Positions 50,350 to 60,326 of a stretch of 64,000 nucleotides of DNA are shown here, piece by piece (the first letter of the stretch is position 1; each line of letters begins with the position of its first letter). This DNA comes from Candidatus Jorgensenbacteria bacterium GW2011_GWB1_50_10 (GTDB taxonomy: Bacteria > Patescibacteriota > Minisyncoccia > UBA6257 > GWB1-50-10). Where the stretch lies: assembly GCA_001004105.1 (NCBI GenBank), contig LCQK01000001.1, positions 102,928 to 166,927 on the forward strand. Reading direction: 5' to 3'. The translations under genes were made by a program, and so were the position numbers. Under the pieces are notes generated by a model. That model saw only the letters and a list, made by a program, of their open reading frames with translations, was not told the DNA's origin and made no database searches.

Positions 50350-51654
50350 ATGAAGATAAAGAATTTTGAGGCGCTTGGGGTGACTAAAACCAGGGAGCGT
50401 CTCCTTAAAATCGCGGAAGCCGGACTTCAAGCAATTGACACTGAAAAGACAGTAAGCGAGAAAGTTAATCTTCACGGCAATGAACTTGAAATCGGGGATA
50501 AGGTTTTCAACCTGGAGAAGATGAAGAGGATTTTTGTGGCTGGCGTCGGCAAATGCTCGCTTGAAGCCGCTCGAGCTCTTGAGAAAATCTTAGAGAGCAG
50601 AATAACAGACGGCGTGGTGATAGATATTCACAAGGGAAAATTAGAAAGGATTAAAACTTTCTCCGGCACCCACCCTTTCCCCACCGAGGAAAACATCAGC
50701 GCCACAAAAGAGCTCATAAAACTTCTTGAAAAGTCAGGAGAAAGCGATCTGGTTATTTTTTTGATCTCTGGCGGCGGCTCAACTCTTCTTTGCCAGCCAA
50801 AAGAACATACCTGCGCAAGCGAAGCCGAACTTGTCAAGCACCTTTTTTCAGAGGGAGCGACAATTAAGGAGATAAATACAGTAAGGAAACACATCTCCCT
50901 TGCCCGGGGCGGCAATTTGGCCAAATACGCTTATCCTTCAAAAGTCGTGTCTTTGATTTTCTCAGATGTGCCCGGAGACGATTTGAGTTTTGTGGCTTCC
51001 GGTCCCACCGTGCCCGATACAACCACCGTTCGAGACGCCGAGAAAGTTTTAGATAAATACGGCGCCTGGGAGCGCTGCGGCATTTCTAAAAAAGGTCTCG
51101 TTGAAACTCCAAAAGAGTCGAAAATTTTCAAGAGAGTTTCAAATATCCTCTTTATTTCCAACAAAACTGCCATTAAAGCAATGGCTCGGGAAGCAAAAAA
51201 AATGGGGTTTATACCGAGCATTCAGAACCTTTCTCTTCGAGGTGAGGCAAGTAAAGTCGGTGAAGAAATAACCAAAAAGCTCCATCGGTTTTCAAAAAAC
51301 ACGGTTCTTCTCTACGGCGGGGAGACGACGGTAGCCCTCCGACAAGACAAGGTCTTACGAGAGCGAGCGGGTAAAGGCGGACGAAATCAGGAATTAGTTC
51401 TTTCGGCTCTAAGATTCATCGGGGATGGTGAAGTTTTAGCGGCTTTGGCATCGGACGGCGAAGACAATACGGACGCGGCCGGCGCAATTTGTGATAAAAT
51501 GACAAGAGAAAAAACGGAGAAACGGGGTTTAAAACCAGAAGAACACCTTAAGCGGCACAGCTCTTATGATTTTTTCGCCGCTTTGGGGGACCAGATTCTC
51601 ACCGGTCCGACCGGCTCCAACGTTTCGGATTTAATAATCGCTCTTAAAGAATAA
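50350..51654 (+). CDS. Glycerate 2-kinase (MOFRL family)
   Basis: HPFP, SGGGSTL, SDVPGD, GGETTV, GGRNQE, TGPTGSNVSD. Confidence 0.9.
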   Translation: MKIKNFEALGVTKTRERLLKIAEAGLQAIDTEKTVSEKVNLHGNELEIGDKVFNLEKMKRIFVAGVGKCSLEAARALEKILESRITDGVVIDIHKGKLERIKTFSGTHPFPTEENISATKELIKLLEKSGESDLVIFLISGGGSTLLCQPKEHTCASEAELVKHLFSEGATIKEINTVRKHISLARGGNLAKYAYPSKVVSLIFSDVPGDDLSFVASGPTVPDTTTVRDAEKVLDKYGAWERCGISKKGLVETPKESKIFKRVSNILFISNKTAIKAMAREAKKMGFIPSIQNLSLRGEASKVGEEITKKLHRFSKNTVLLYGGETTVALRQDKVLRERAGKGGRNQELVLSALRFIGDGEVLAALASDGEDNTDAAGAICDKMTREKTEKRGLKPEEHLKRHSSYDFFAALGDQILTGPTGSNVSDLIIALKE

Positions 51655-51666
51655 TAAAGAACAATA

Positions 51667-54051
51667 ATGAAAAAGTTCATCCTCCCATTCTCAAAAATCG
51701 GGATGAAAGACGTGCCAAAAGTTGGCGGCAAAAACGCGGCTTTAGGCGAGATGTATTCAAATCTGACAAAGCTTGGCATCAGCGTTCCGGATGGTTTTGC
51801 CCTTACTGCCGGCGCGTACAGGTTTTTCCTTAAGAAGAACGGCGCCGATGAAAAAATCAAGGATATCTTAAAAAGATTAAACATCAAGAACGTCAATGAT
51901 TTAAGAGGGCGCGCCGGACGGGTTCGGGCGCTTATTTTGTCTCTTCGGTTGCCCAAAGAGATAACGAAGGAAATTCGTTCGGCCTACCATCGCCTCGAGG
52001 GGAAATACGGAAAAAACGTTGACGTTGCCGTTCGCTCTTCGGCTACGGCCGAAGACCTACCTGGCGCCTCCTTTGCCGGACAACAGGAGACGTATTTAAA
52101 CGTCCGAGGCGAGGAGGGACTTGAGGCCGCCGCCAAAAAATGCATCGCTTCGCTTTTTACCGACCGGGCGATTTCCTATCGCGCAGACAAAAGGTTTTCC
52201 CATTTTGACGTTGCTTTATCGGTCGGCGTTCAGAAAATGGTCCGTTCGGACTTGGCTTCATCGGGCGTTGCCTTCACCATTGACACCGAAACCGGTTTTG
52301 ACAAAGTAGTGGTAATTGAAAGTTCTTATGGTTTGGGCGAGATGGTGGTTCAAGGCGAGATTACGCCGGATGAGTTTGTCGTTTTTAAACCGACCCTTGG
52401 AAAAGGTTTTCAGCCGGTGATTGCAAAAGATTTAGGCGTAAAAAACGTAAAGCTTGTTTACGGAAAAGAAGGGACGCGGAAGGCAAAAGTTTCAAATCGG
52501 GACAAGAATTCATTTTCTTTGAACGAAGAAGAAATTATTAAGCTGGCCAGATGGTGCGTTTCGATAGAAAAACATTTCTCCCGCATTTACAAGCATTACC
52601 AGCCGATGGATATTGAGTGGGCCAAAGACGGAAAAACAAAAGAGCTTTTTATTCTTCAAGCAAGACCCGAGACCGTTCACTCTTTAATAAGCGGAAAGAA
52701 AATTTACCCCGAATACCGCCTTAAGGGAAAGGGTAAAATCGTCGTCTCCGGCATTGCGGTCGGGACGAAAGCGGTCTCGGGTAAAGCCAGATTCATAAAA
52801 GACGTAAAAGACATCGGAAAATTCAGGAAAGGAGAAGTGCTTGTGACGGAAATTACCGATCCGGCCTGGGAACCGATTATGAAAATCGCCGCCGCCATTG
52901 TCACCGATAAAGGGGGTCGGACGTCGCATGCGGCAATTGTTTCGCGCGAGCTCGGCATTCCCTGCATTGTCGGCGCCGCCCTGGCGACAAAAAAACTTAA
53001 GACCGGCAAAGTTTTTACCGTTGACTGTACCTCCGGCGGCGAGGCGCGGGTTTATGCCGGAAAAATTCCCTATGAGATTGTAGAGCACCACTTGGATAAA
53101 ATTCCGAAAACCAGAACCAAAGTGATGGTAAACATCGGCTCGCCGGATGAGGCCTTTAAAAACCATTATTTGCCGGTAAAAGGTGTGGGTTTGGGTCGGC
53201 TGGAATTCATAATCGCTTCGCACATCAAAATTCATCCCCAGGCGCTCATTGATTACAAAAAACTAAAGGACGAAAAAACTAGAAGAAGAATCGATTCTTT
53301 GACCCGCGGCTACCGGAATAAAGCCCAGTTTTACGTTGACGAGCTTGCCGAAGGCATTGCCAAGATTGCCGCCGCTTTTTATCCGGAAGAAGCGATAATC
53401 CGTTTCTCGGATTTTAAAACGAACGAGTACCGGAAGCTCATCGGCGGCGAGCTTTACGAGCCCGACGAGGAAAATCCGATGCTCGGCTGGCGCGGCGCTT
53501 CGCGCTACTATGATCCTAAGTTTGAGCGAGCTTTCGGGCTTGAATGCAAAGCCCTCAAGCGGGTGCGCGAGAAATTCGGTCTCAAAAACGCCGTCCCGAT
53601 GATTCCTTTCTGTCGGAGTACGGAGGAAGGAAAAAAAGTCCTCTCCGTGATGGCTAAAAACGGTCTGCGGCGCGGCAAAGACGGGCTGAAGGTCTACGTA
53701 ATGTGCGAGATACCGTCGAATGTTCTCTTAGCTGATGAATTTCTTGATATTTTTGACGGCATGTCCATCGGTTCCAATGATTTGACTCAACTGGTTCTTG
53801 GTCTTGATAGAGATTCAGGTATTGTCACCCATATTGCCAATGAAAATAATCCGGCCGTGAAAAAGATGATAAGCGAAGTGATAGAGAGGTGCCGGAAGCG
53901 GAAAAAATACATCGGTATCTGCGGTCAGGCGCCGTCGGATTACCCGGAGTTCACCAAATTTCTGGTCAAAGAGGGCATTGGGAGTATTTCTCTAAATCCC
54001 GACACAGTCATTAAAACGATTTTGGAAATCAAGCGCCAGGAATCTAAATAA
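51667..54051 (+). CDS. ppsA: Phosphoenolpyruvate synthase
   Basis: VGGKNA, AVRSSATAED, GGRTSHAAI, SIGSNDLTQ. Confidence 0.95.
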   Translation: MKKFILPFSKIGMKDVPKVGGKNAALGEMYSNLTKLGISVPDGFALTAGAYRFFLKKNGADEKIKDILKRLNIKNVNDLRGRAGRVRALILSLRLPKEITKEIRSAYHRLEGKYGKNVDVAVRSSATAEDLPGASFAGQQETYLNVRGEEGLEAAAKKCIASLFTDRAISYRADKRFSHFDVALSVGVQKMVRSDLASSGVAFTIDTETGFDKVVVIESSYGLGEMVVQGEITPDEFVVFKPTLGKGFQPVIAKDLGVKNVKLVYGKEGTRKAKVSNRDKNSFSLNEEEIIKLARWCVSIEKHFSRIYKHYQPMDIEWAKDGKTKELFILQARPETVHSLISGKKIYPEYRLKGKGKIVVSGIAVGTKAVSGKARFIKDVKDIGKFRKGEVLVTEITDPAWEPIMKIAAAIVTDKGGRTSHAAIVSRELGIPCIVGAALATKKLKTGKVFTVDCTSGGEARVYAGKIPYEIVEHHLDKIPKTRTKVMVNIGSPDEAFKNHYLPVKGVGLGRLEFIIASHIKIHPQALIDYKKLKDEKTRRRIDSLTRGYRNKAQFYVDELAEGIAKIAAAFYPEEAIIRFSDFKTNEYRKLIGGELYEPDEENPMLGWRGASRYYDPKFERAFGLECKALKRVREKFGLKNAVPMIPFCRSTEEGKKVLSVMAKNGLRRGKDGLKVYVMCEIPSNVLLADEFLDIFDGMSIGSNDLTQLVLGLDRDSGIVTHIANENNPAVKKMISEVIERCRKRKKYIGICGQAPSDYPEFTKFLVKEGIGSISLNPDTVIKTILEIKRQESK

Positions 54052-54070
54052 CCGATTATAATTAGGGCAT

Positions 54071-55072
54071 ATGCGCATCGCTTTTTTTGAAATTGAGGAA
54101 TGGGAAAAACCTCGGGTTCGGGGGAAGTTCGGCGAGGACGTCTATTTAGACGAGAAAAAAGTGGACGAAGACGAACTCTCCAAAGAAAACGATTTCGAAA
54201 TAATTTCGATTTTTGTTGACTCGCGGATTACCGAGAAGGTCCTTGCTCATTTTCCCAACCTGAAATTCATTGCCACTCGTTCCACCGGTTTTGACCATAT
54301 TGACCTTGCTGCCTGCAAAAAGAGAAATATTTCGGTTTCCTACGTGCCCGGCTACGGCGATAACACCGTTGCCGAATTCACCTTCGGACTTATTTTGAAC
54401 CTTACCCGAAAAATCTATCACGGCATTGACCAGATAAAAGAGACTGGTTCTTTTTCTTTTGAGGGACTGCGGGGAACGGACCTTAAAGGGAAAACAATCG
54501 GCATAATCGGCACGGGCCGCATCGGCAAAGAAGCGTTAAAAATCGCCAAGGGTTTTGGGATGAAAGTAATCGCGAGCGACCCTTATCCGGACGAGAAATT
54601 CGCCAAGGAAGAAAATTTTGAGTACGTCTCTTTAGAAAAACTGCTCTCTTCAAGCGACATTATCACCGTTCACTGTCCCTACAACGAAAAAACCCGCCAT
54701 CTCATCAATAAAGAGAACATCCGGCTCATCAAAAAAGGGGCGTATCTCATAAATACTGCCCGGGGCGGCATTGTCGAAACCGATGCTTTGGCTGGGGCGC
54801 TTGAGGAAGGGATTTTGGCCGGCGCCGGTTTGGACGTTTTGGAAGAAGAAGGCGAGACTAAGGAAGAGATGGAATTTCTGCGGCGAGGCAAGTTTAAAGA
54901 GGATGAGCTTAAAACCATGCTCCAAAACCACATGCTGATGAGAATGCCGAACGTTCTCATAACGCCTCATAATGCTTTCAACTCCAGAGAGGCATTGGAG
55001 AGAATTTTGGGCACCACCTTGGAGAACATTGAAGGATTTCTCTCCGGAGGCCCCGTGAATTTGGTTCCATGA
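54071..55072 (+). CDS. D-2-hydroxyacid dehydrogenase (D-lactate/glycerate DH-like)
   Basis: RSTGFDHID, GTGRIG, NTARG, LDVLE.E, TPHNA. Confidence 0.9.
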   Translation: MRIAFFEIEEWEKPRVRGKFGEDVYLDEKKVDEDELSKENDFEIISIFVDSRITEKVLAHFPNLKFIATRSTGFDHIDLAACKKRNISVSYVPGYGDNTVAEFTFGLILNLTRKIYHGIDQIKETGSFSFEGLRGTDLKGKTIGIIGTGRIGKEALKIAKGFGMKVIASDPYPDEKFAKEENFEYVSLEKLLSSSDIITVHCPYNEKTRHLINKENIRLIKKGAYLINTARGGIVETDALAGALEEGILAGAGLDVLEEEGETKEEMEFLRRGKFKEDELKTMLQNHMLMRMPNVLITPHNAFNSREALERILGTTLENIEGFLSGGPVNLVP

Positions 55073-56262
55073 AAATAAATGAAGCTTCGCTTCGGGAGAT
55101 AAAGGACTCGCGGGGGGAGCTGACAATTGAGATTGGGATTAAAACCAAGGATGGCGAATTTTTCGCTCAAATTCCCTCGGGCAAAAGCCGCGGCAGTCGC
55201 GAGGCGACCGTTTTTTTGCCGGGGAAAGCGAGGGAAGTTCTCGGGAGTATAGGAAAAGAGCTTATCGGGAGAGATTTTGAAAGCATTGAGGATTTTGACT
55301 TTTTTTTGCTCGGGCTTGACGGCACGCCGAATAAAAGCAAACTTGGCGGGAATCTTATGCTGGGATTGTCGCTGTCCTTTGCCCGCAGTTTGGCCAAAGA
55401 AAACAACTTTGAACTCTGGCAGATACTGAAAAAAGAATTTTTCCCGAATAACGGCGAATCAAAATCGCCCCGGATTTTCTCCAACTTTATTGAGGGCGGC
55501 GTTCACACGGACAATAATCTTGATATTCAGGAATTTTTGGTCGTTGCCGAATCAAAAGAAGGAGCGGCGATGACTTATCGTAAACTTGCAGAATTTTATA
55601 AATCAGTCGGCGAAGCCCTGAAGGGAAAATATAATTTTTCCTCGCTTAAACTCGGTGACGAAGGCGGTTATTCGTTGTATTTTAAAAATAATTTTGAGCC
55701 GATTGAATTGCTCGGCGAAGAAATTAAAAGGGCGCGGCTCGCCGGAGAGTTTTCGCTCGGGCTTGATGCCGCCGCTTCAAGTTTTTACAAAGGCGGTCAT
55801 TATGTCTTTGAAGCAAAAGAATTAACTTCGGACGGGCTAAAGGAAGTTTATTCGGATTATTTCAGGAAGGCGCCGTTTTTAAATTCAATCGAAGACCCCT
55901 TTGATGAGAATGACAGTGAGGGTTTTGCCGGACTGCGGCGAGATTGGGGGGATAAATTAATCATTGGCGATGACCTTACGGTTACCAACGCAAAATTAAT
56001 CAGAGAAAATTCCCAAAAAAAGCTTATAAACGGGGTCATTATCAAACCCAATCAGATCGGTACGGTTTCCGAAACTTGCGAGGCCATCAACGCCGCCTAC
56101 GACAGCGGTCTCCAAAGAATTATTTCGCACCGCTCGGGGGAGACGCCGGATAATTTTTTGGTTCATTTTGCCAAAGCCGCCGGCGCCGAAGGATTGAAAA
56201 TCGGCGCGCCGGCGCGGGAGAGAGTGGCGAAATTTGACGAATTTGTCCGTTTGTATTCCTGA
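55069..56262 (+). CDS. eno: Enolase
   Basis: DSRG, PSG.S.G..EA, GDEGG, KPNQIG, SHRSGET. Confidence 0.9.
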   Translation: MKINEASLREIKDSRGELTIEIGIKTKDGEFFAQIPSGKSRGSREATVFLPGKAREVLGSIGKELIGRDFESIEDFDFFLLGLDGTPNKSKLGGNLMLGLSLSFARSLAKENNFELWQILKKEFFPNNGESKSPRIFSNFIEGGVHTDNNLDIQEFLVVAESKEGAAMTYRKLAEFYKSVGEALKGKYNFSSLKLGDEGGYSLYFKNNFEPIELLGEEIKRARLAGEFSLGLDAAASSFYKGGHYVFEAKELTSDGLKEVYSDYFRKAPFLNSIEDPFDENDSEGFAGLRRDWGDKLIIGDDLTVTNAKLIRENSQKKLINGVIIKPNQIGTVSETCEAINAAYDSGLQRIISHRSGETPDNFLVHFAKAAGAEGLKIGAPARERVAKFDEFVRLYS

Positions 56263-56452
56263 GCTATTGTCAAACCCCCGCATTTACGTTTTTAGCAAGC
56301 AGAAATGGTCGCGGTAAGTCGCACCCTTGACTTTATCAACCGGGTGGAGTATTATATATCGGTAAGTTTCTAGTCTCTTTTCTTGCATGCAAAACTTGTA
56401 AGGCGAAAGGACCAAAGAAGTTAGGTCGACTTACGTCAGAAATCAGAAGATA

Positions 56453-56764
56453 ATGGCAAAGAAGTTATATGTGGGCAGCTTGTCTTACGACACGACTGAC
56501 CAAAGCTTAAAAGACGCTTTCTCCAAAGCGGGCGCTGTCGAGACCGCCACCGTCATCATTGACAGGATGTCGGGTCGCTCCAAGGGTTTCGGTTTCGTGG
56601 AAATGGCAACCGATGAGGAAGCCAAGGCCGCGATCGAAATGTGGAACGGCAAGGAACTCGACGGCCGGAAAGTGGTAGTGAATGAGGCCAAGCCAATGGA
56701 GCCGCGCGCCCCGAGAAGGGAAGGCGGTTTCGGCGGCGGTGACCGCGGCCGGAGAAGCTGGTAA
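56453..56764 (+). CDS. RRM RNA-binding protein
   Basis: LYVGSL (RNP2), KGFGFVEM (RNP1), Gly/Arg tail. Confidence 0.93.
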   Translation: MAKKLYVGSLSYDTTDQSLKDAFSKAGAVETATVIIDRMSGRSKGFGFVEMATDEEAKAAIEMWNGKELDGRKVVVNEAKPMEPRAPRREGGFGGGDRGRRSW

Positions 56765-56780
56765 ACGAGCTCGATTTATA

Positions 56781-56812
56781 AAGAAACCCGCGCAATGCGC
56801 GGGTTTCTTTTG
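56781..56812 (+). terminator. Intrinsic terminator
   Basis: aagaaacccgcgc-aat-gcgcgggtttctttt. Confidence 0.85.
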
Positions 56813-56814
56813 TT

Positions 56815-58506
56815 ATGATTAAAACAATGAGTATAGGCGTGCTTGAACTCGCGGCGGTCGTCGGCTTTGCGGCGGTACTCGGCATTGCCGCGAAAGCACT
56901 GCGCCAGCCGGTGATTCTGGCTTATCTTGCGGCCGGGGTATTCATCGCTTATTTCGGATTCTTTAATCTCGCAAGCGAGAGCACTTTTAAAATTTTTTCC
57001 GATTTAGGAATAATGTTCCTGCTTTTTTTGGTTGGTTTGGAAATAAATTATTCGTCTTTGAGAATTGCCGGGAAGCCATCGGTGGTCGTGGGTTTGGGGC
57101 AGGTGATTTTTGCTTTCGTTATCGGCTACTTTATTGCTCTTCAGTTTGGCTTCGAGCAATTGGAGGCCGCTTACATCTCCGTCGCGCTCACGTTTTCGAG
57201 CACGATTATCGTCGTAAAACTCTTATCCGACAAAAAGGACCTGAACAGTTTGTACGGCCGGATTTCCGTCGGAATGATGCTTGTCCAGGATTTTATCGCG
57301 ATTTTCATCCTGATACTCCTCTCCGGCGTGGAAGCGGGGAAGGGGGTGGAGATTTTGCCGATCACCATCGCCGTTTTGAAAGGACTTGTCCTTGTGGTGG
57401 TGGTTTTTTGGCTGGGGAAAAGGTTTTTCCCCTGGCTTTTCGAGAAAATTGCCCGCTCCGAGGAGCTTTTATTTTTAACGAGTACGGCTTGGGTATTCCT
57501 TTTCGCCGCCGCCTTGTCCGAGCTAGGGTTTTCGATTGAAATCGCCGGACTCCTCGCGGGCTTGGCACTTGCCAATTCCTCGGAAAATTTCCAAATCGCG
57601 AGCCGCATCCGGCCCTTGCGGGACTTTTTTATCATGATTTTCTTCGTGATTTTGGGCGCTTCGCTTATTTTCACGGGCGTAAAGGATTTGGGTTTGCCGG
57701 CGGTCGTCCTTTCGCTATTCGTTCTCATCGGCAATCCGCTTATTGTCCTTATTATCATGGGGCTTATGGGTTACCGGCGGAGGACGAGTTTCCTCACGGG
57801 TATCACCACCGCCCAGATTTCGGAATTCAGCATGATTTTGGGCGCCGTAGGTTTGAAACTCGGCCATTTCGGTGAGAACGTTTTGGGGCTCATCACCGCG
57901 GTCGGGGTTGTCACCATCACCCTTTCCACTTACATGATTATTTATTCGCGGGGACTCTATAAATTTTTGTCCTGGCCGTTGCGGCTTTTTGAAAAGAAAA
58001 ACGCCAAAGAGGAAGAAATCCGCGAAGAAATCTACGAGAAGCCGATTGTGCTCGTCGGCTGCGGTCGGACGGGGGCCTCCATCGCCTACAATCTGCCCAA
58101 GGAAAAACTTTTGATCGTTGATTTCAATCCGGAGGAAATTGAAAGTTTGCGGCGGCGCGGCTACGAGGCGCTCTTCGGCGACATCGCCGATTCCGAAATT
58201 TTCGAGAAGGCGAATTTCCCGCAGGCAGCGCTCGCCATTTCCACGAGCTCCGATTTTGAGGACAATATGGTTTTCCTGGAAGAAATCAAAAAATTGCCGA
58301 GGCGGCCGAAAATCATTTTGCGGGCCGAAACAGAAAGAGAAGCGCGAGCGTTCTATGCGGCCGGGGCCGATTACGTTCTTCTGCCGCATTTCACTTCCGG
58401 TCAGTATCTCGGAAAAACTTTAGCCATTGACCCTGAGATGGAAATTTTGGATTCACTTCGGGAACGGGACTTGGCGCTCATGCAGAAAGTGAACCACGCG
58501 GTTTAG
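56815..58506 (+). CDS. CPA2 cation/proton antiporter with TrkA-N domain (Kef-like)
   Basis: LFLVGLE, SSTIIVVK, QD, QISEFS, GCGRTG. Confidence 0.88.
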   Translation: MIKTMSIGVLELAAVVGFAAVLGIAAKALRQPVILAYLAAGVFIAYFGFFNLASESTFKIFSDLGIMFLLFLVGLEINYSSLRIAGKPSVVVGLGQVIFAFVIGYFIALQFGFEQLEAAYISVALTFSSTIIVVKLLSDKKDLNSLYGRISVGMMLVQDFIAIFILILLSGVEAGKGVEILPITIAVLKGLVLVVVVFWLGKRFFPWLFEKIARSEELLFLTSTAWVFLFAAALSELGFSIEIAGLLAGLALANSSENFQIASRIRPLRDFFIMIFFVILGASLIFTGVKDLGLPAVVLSLFVLIGNPLIVLIIMGLMGYRRRTSFLTGITTAQISEFSMILGAVGLKLGHFGENVLGLITAVGVVTITLSTYMIIYSRGLYKFLSWPLRLFEKKNAKEEEIREEIYEKPIVLVGCGRTGASIAYNLPKEKLLIVDFNPEEIESLRRRGYEALFGDIADSEIFEKANFPQAALAISTSSDFEDNMVFLEEIKKLPRRPKIILRAETEREARAFYAAGADYVLLPHFTSGQYLGKTLAIDPEMEILDSLRERDLALMQKVNHAV

Positions 58507-58740
58507 AGTAGTAAAATTTTCTTCCCCTCGCCAGACGGCTTCGGCTCGCGAGTCCGACCGCGGTTGGACACTAAGCTCGCTTCGTCTCCCTGGAGTTGCC
58601 GGAACGGGTAATGGCTTCGCTTGTTAACTTAGTATGCCGCCGAGCATCTCTCTGAAGTTTTTGCCACATTTCAATTTATCCCATATGGGAGAAAATGAAA
58701 TAAACAGAAGCTCGACTTAGGAAAAGAAAATTTTACTGCT
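58507..58740. mobile_element. MITE-like non-coding element
   Basis: 22-bp terminal inverted repeats with 3 mismatches, no ORF. Confidence 0.5.
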
Positions 58741-59140
58741 TTTTAGTTTTTATATAGGAAAGAGTAATAAGAGTACCCAGGATTCCCAGAATAATATCCA
58801 AAATCGTGTCGCCGGTCGCGCCGCCGACGGGGGTGGCGAAACCGTAAGCGTTTTTGGCGTATAAGTTCAAGCCAGCTTCGAAAATCTCCCAGATGAGAGC
58901 GGCGCCGAAGACGATAAGAAACGTTTTTAAAGAAGAGATCTCTCCCCGGAAGAAAAAAATTACGGCCAAAGCGAGCCAGGCGCCGCCTGCGAAGTGGAGG
59001 AGATTGTCAAACCAGTCGGTCGCCCTGTAAAGCCAAATTGAGCCCGCGGCGTGGCCTGCAATGACGACTAAAGTTGCAAGAACGAGGCAATTCCCCAGTT
59101 TTTGGGGGCTGTGGAAATCTTTGTTGGTAACGGAGGCCAT
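58733..59140 (-). CDS. Small membrane protein
   Basis: WFD..LH..GG, WE..E, DT..D motifs, about 4 TMs. Confidence 0.75.
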   Translation of the reverse strand: MASVTNKDFHSPQKLGNCLVLATLVVIAGHAAGSIWLYRATDWFDNLLHFAGGAWLALAVIFFFRGEISSLKTFLIVFGAALIWEIFEAGLNLYAKNAYGFATPVGGATGDTILDIILGILGTLITLSYIKTKKQ

Positions 59141-59248
59141 ATTTTCTATAATAAAGAGTAGGGATGTTCCATTTATTTTACTATAAATGGACTCTTAATG
59201 ATGCTAAAAGGTCGATTTCTAGAATTATAGATTAACAAAGAAAGTTTC

Positions 59249-59932
59249 ATGGTTATTCAAGATTGGCTGTCAGTGGTTGTCGGTTCACTTCAGAATTTGT
59301 GGGTCGGCGCGATTGGCGTCTTAGGCAGCATCGTCGGAGCACTTATCGTGCTCATCGTCGGTCTTATCGTTGCTTCGGGTTTGGGCGCGCTCGTGGAACG
59401 GGTGGTCGGACTCTTGAAGGTAGACAAACTCCTGTCGAACCTCGGCGTTCATGAATATTTTGAGCGCGCGGGTTTGAACATGAACAGCGGCCGTTTCGTC
59501 GGCCGGCTCGTTTACTGGTTCCTGGTGGTTGTTTTTCTTCTTGCGGCAACCGACATTCTGGGGTTCTACACTCTCTCAAACTTCTTGAGGGAAGTGCTCT
59601 TGTACATCCCGAACGTGATTGTCGCCGTGCTCATAATGCTTGCGGCGGTCGTGGTGGCGAATTTCATGCGCAATTTGGTGCGCGCCTCGGTTAAAAGCGC
59701 GAGGTTGCACGCCGCGCATTTTCTTAGCTCGCTCACCTGGTGGGCTGTGGTGCTCTTTGGGTTCTTTGCGGCTCTGTCGCAACTCGGCATCGCGGTTTCC
59801 ATCATCAACTCGCTTGTGACCGGATTTGTCGCGATGCTCGCCCTTGCCGGCGGCATTGCTTTCGGCTTGGGCGGGAAGGACTACGCCGAAGGTCTCGTGA
59901 ATCGTTTGAGAGAGCACACGGAAGGGAGATAA
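59249..59932 (+). CDS. TM-helix repeat protein (MscS/CmpX N-terminal-like)
   Basis: YIPNVIVAVLI, AFGLGGK. Confidence 0.8.
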   Translation: MVIQDWLSVVVGSLQNLWVGAIGVLGSIVGALIVLIVGLIVASGLGALVERVVGLLKVDKLLSNLGVHEYFERAGLNMNSGRFVGRLVYWFLVVVFLLAATDILGFYTLSNFLREVLLYIPNVIVAVLIMLAAVVVANFMRNLVRASVKSARLHAAHFLSSLTWWAVVLFGFFAALSQLGIAVSIINSLVTGFVAMLALAGGIAFGLGGKDYAEGLVNRLREHTEGR

Positions 59933-60017
59933 GCTTTCAGTTGTTTTGAAACCAATCCCCCACATAGATTCATTTGGGGGATTGTGTTTTTGGTGTTCTT
60001 TTGATATATTGGCTTTC

Positions 60018-60326
60018 ATGTTATTCGCAGTCATCGAAACCGGTGGAAAACAATATAAAGTTTCCGCCGGAGACAAAATTAAAGTTGAAAAGTTGGACGT
60101 CAAAGGAGACGCCGCTGTTTTTGATAAGGTGCTTTTGAAAAGCGACGGGAGCGAGGTTTTAATCGGTACGCCTCATTTGAAGGGCGCGAAAGTGGAGGGG
60201 AAAATATTGAAACAGGGGAGGACCGACAAGAAAATCGTCTTCCGCTACCACTCGAAAACCCGATACAGAAAGCTCAAAACCCACCGCCAATCTTTCACCG
60301 AGGTGGAAATCACCAAAATTTCTTAA
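60018..60326 (+). CDS. rplU: 50S ribosomal protein L21
   Basis: FAVIETGGKQYKV, HRQ.FT. Confidence 0.95.
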   Translation: MLFAVIETGGKQYKVSAGDKIKVEKLDVKGDAAVFDKVLLKSDGSEVLIGTPHLKGAKVEGKILKQGRTDKKIVFRYHSKTRYRKLKTHRQSFTEVEITKIS

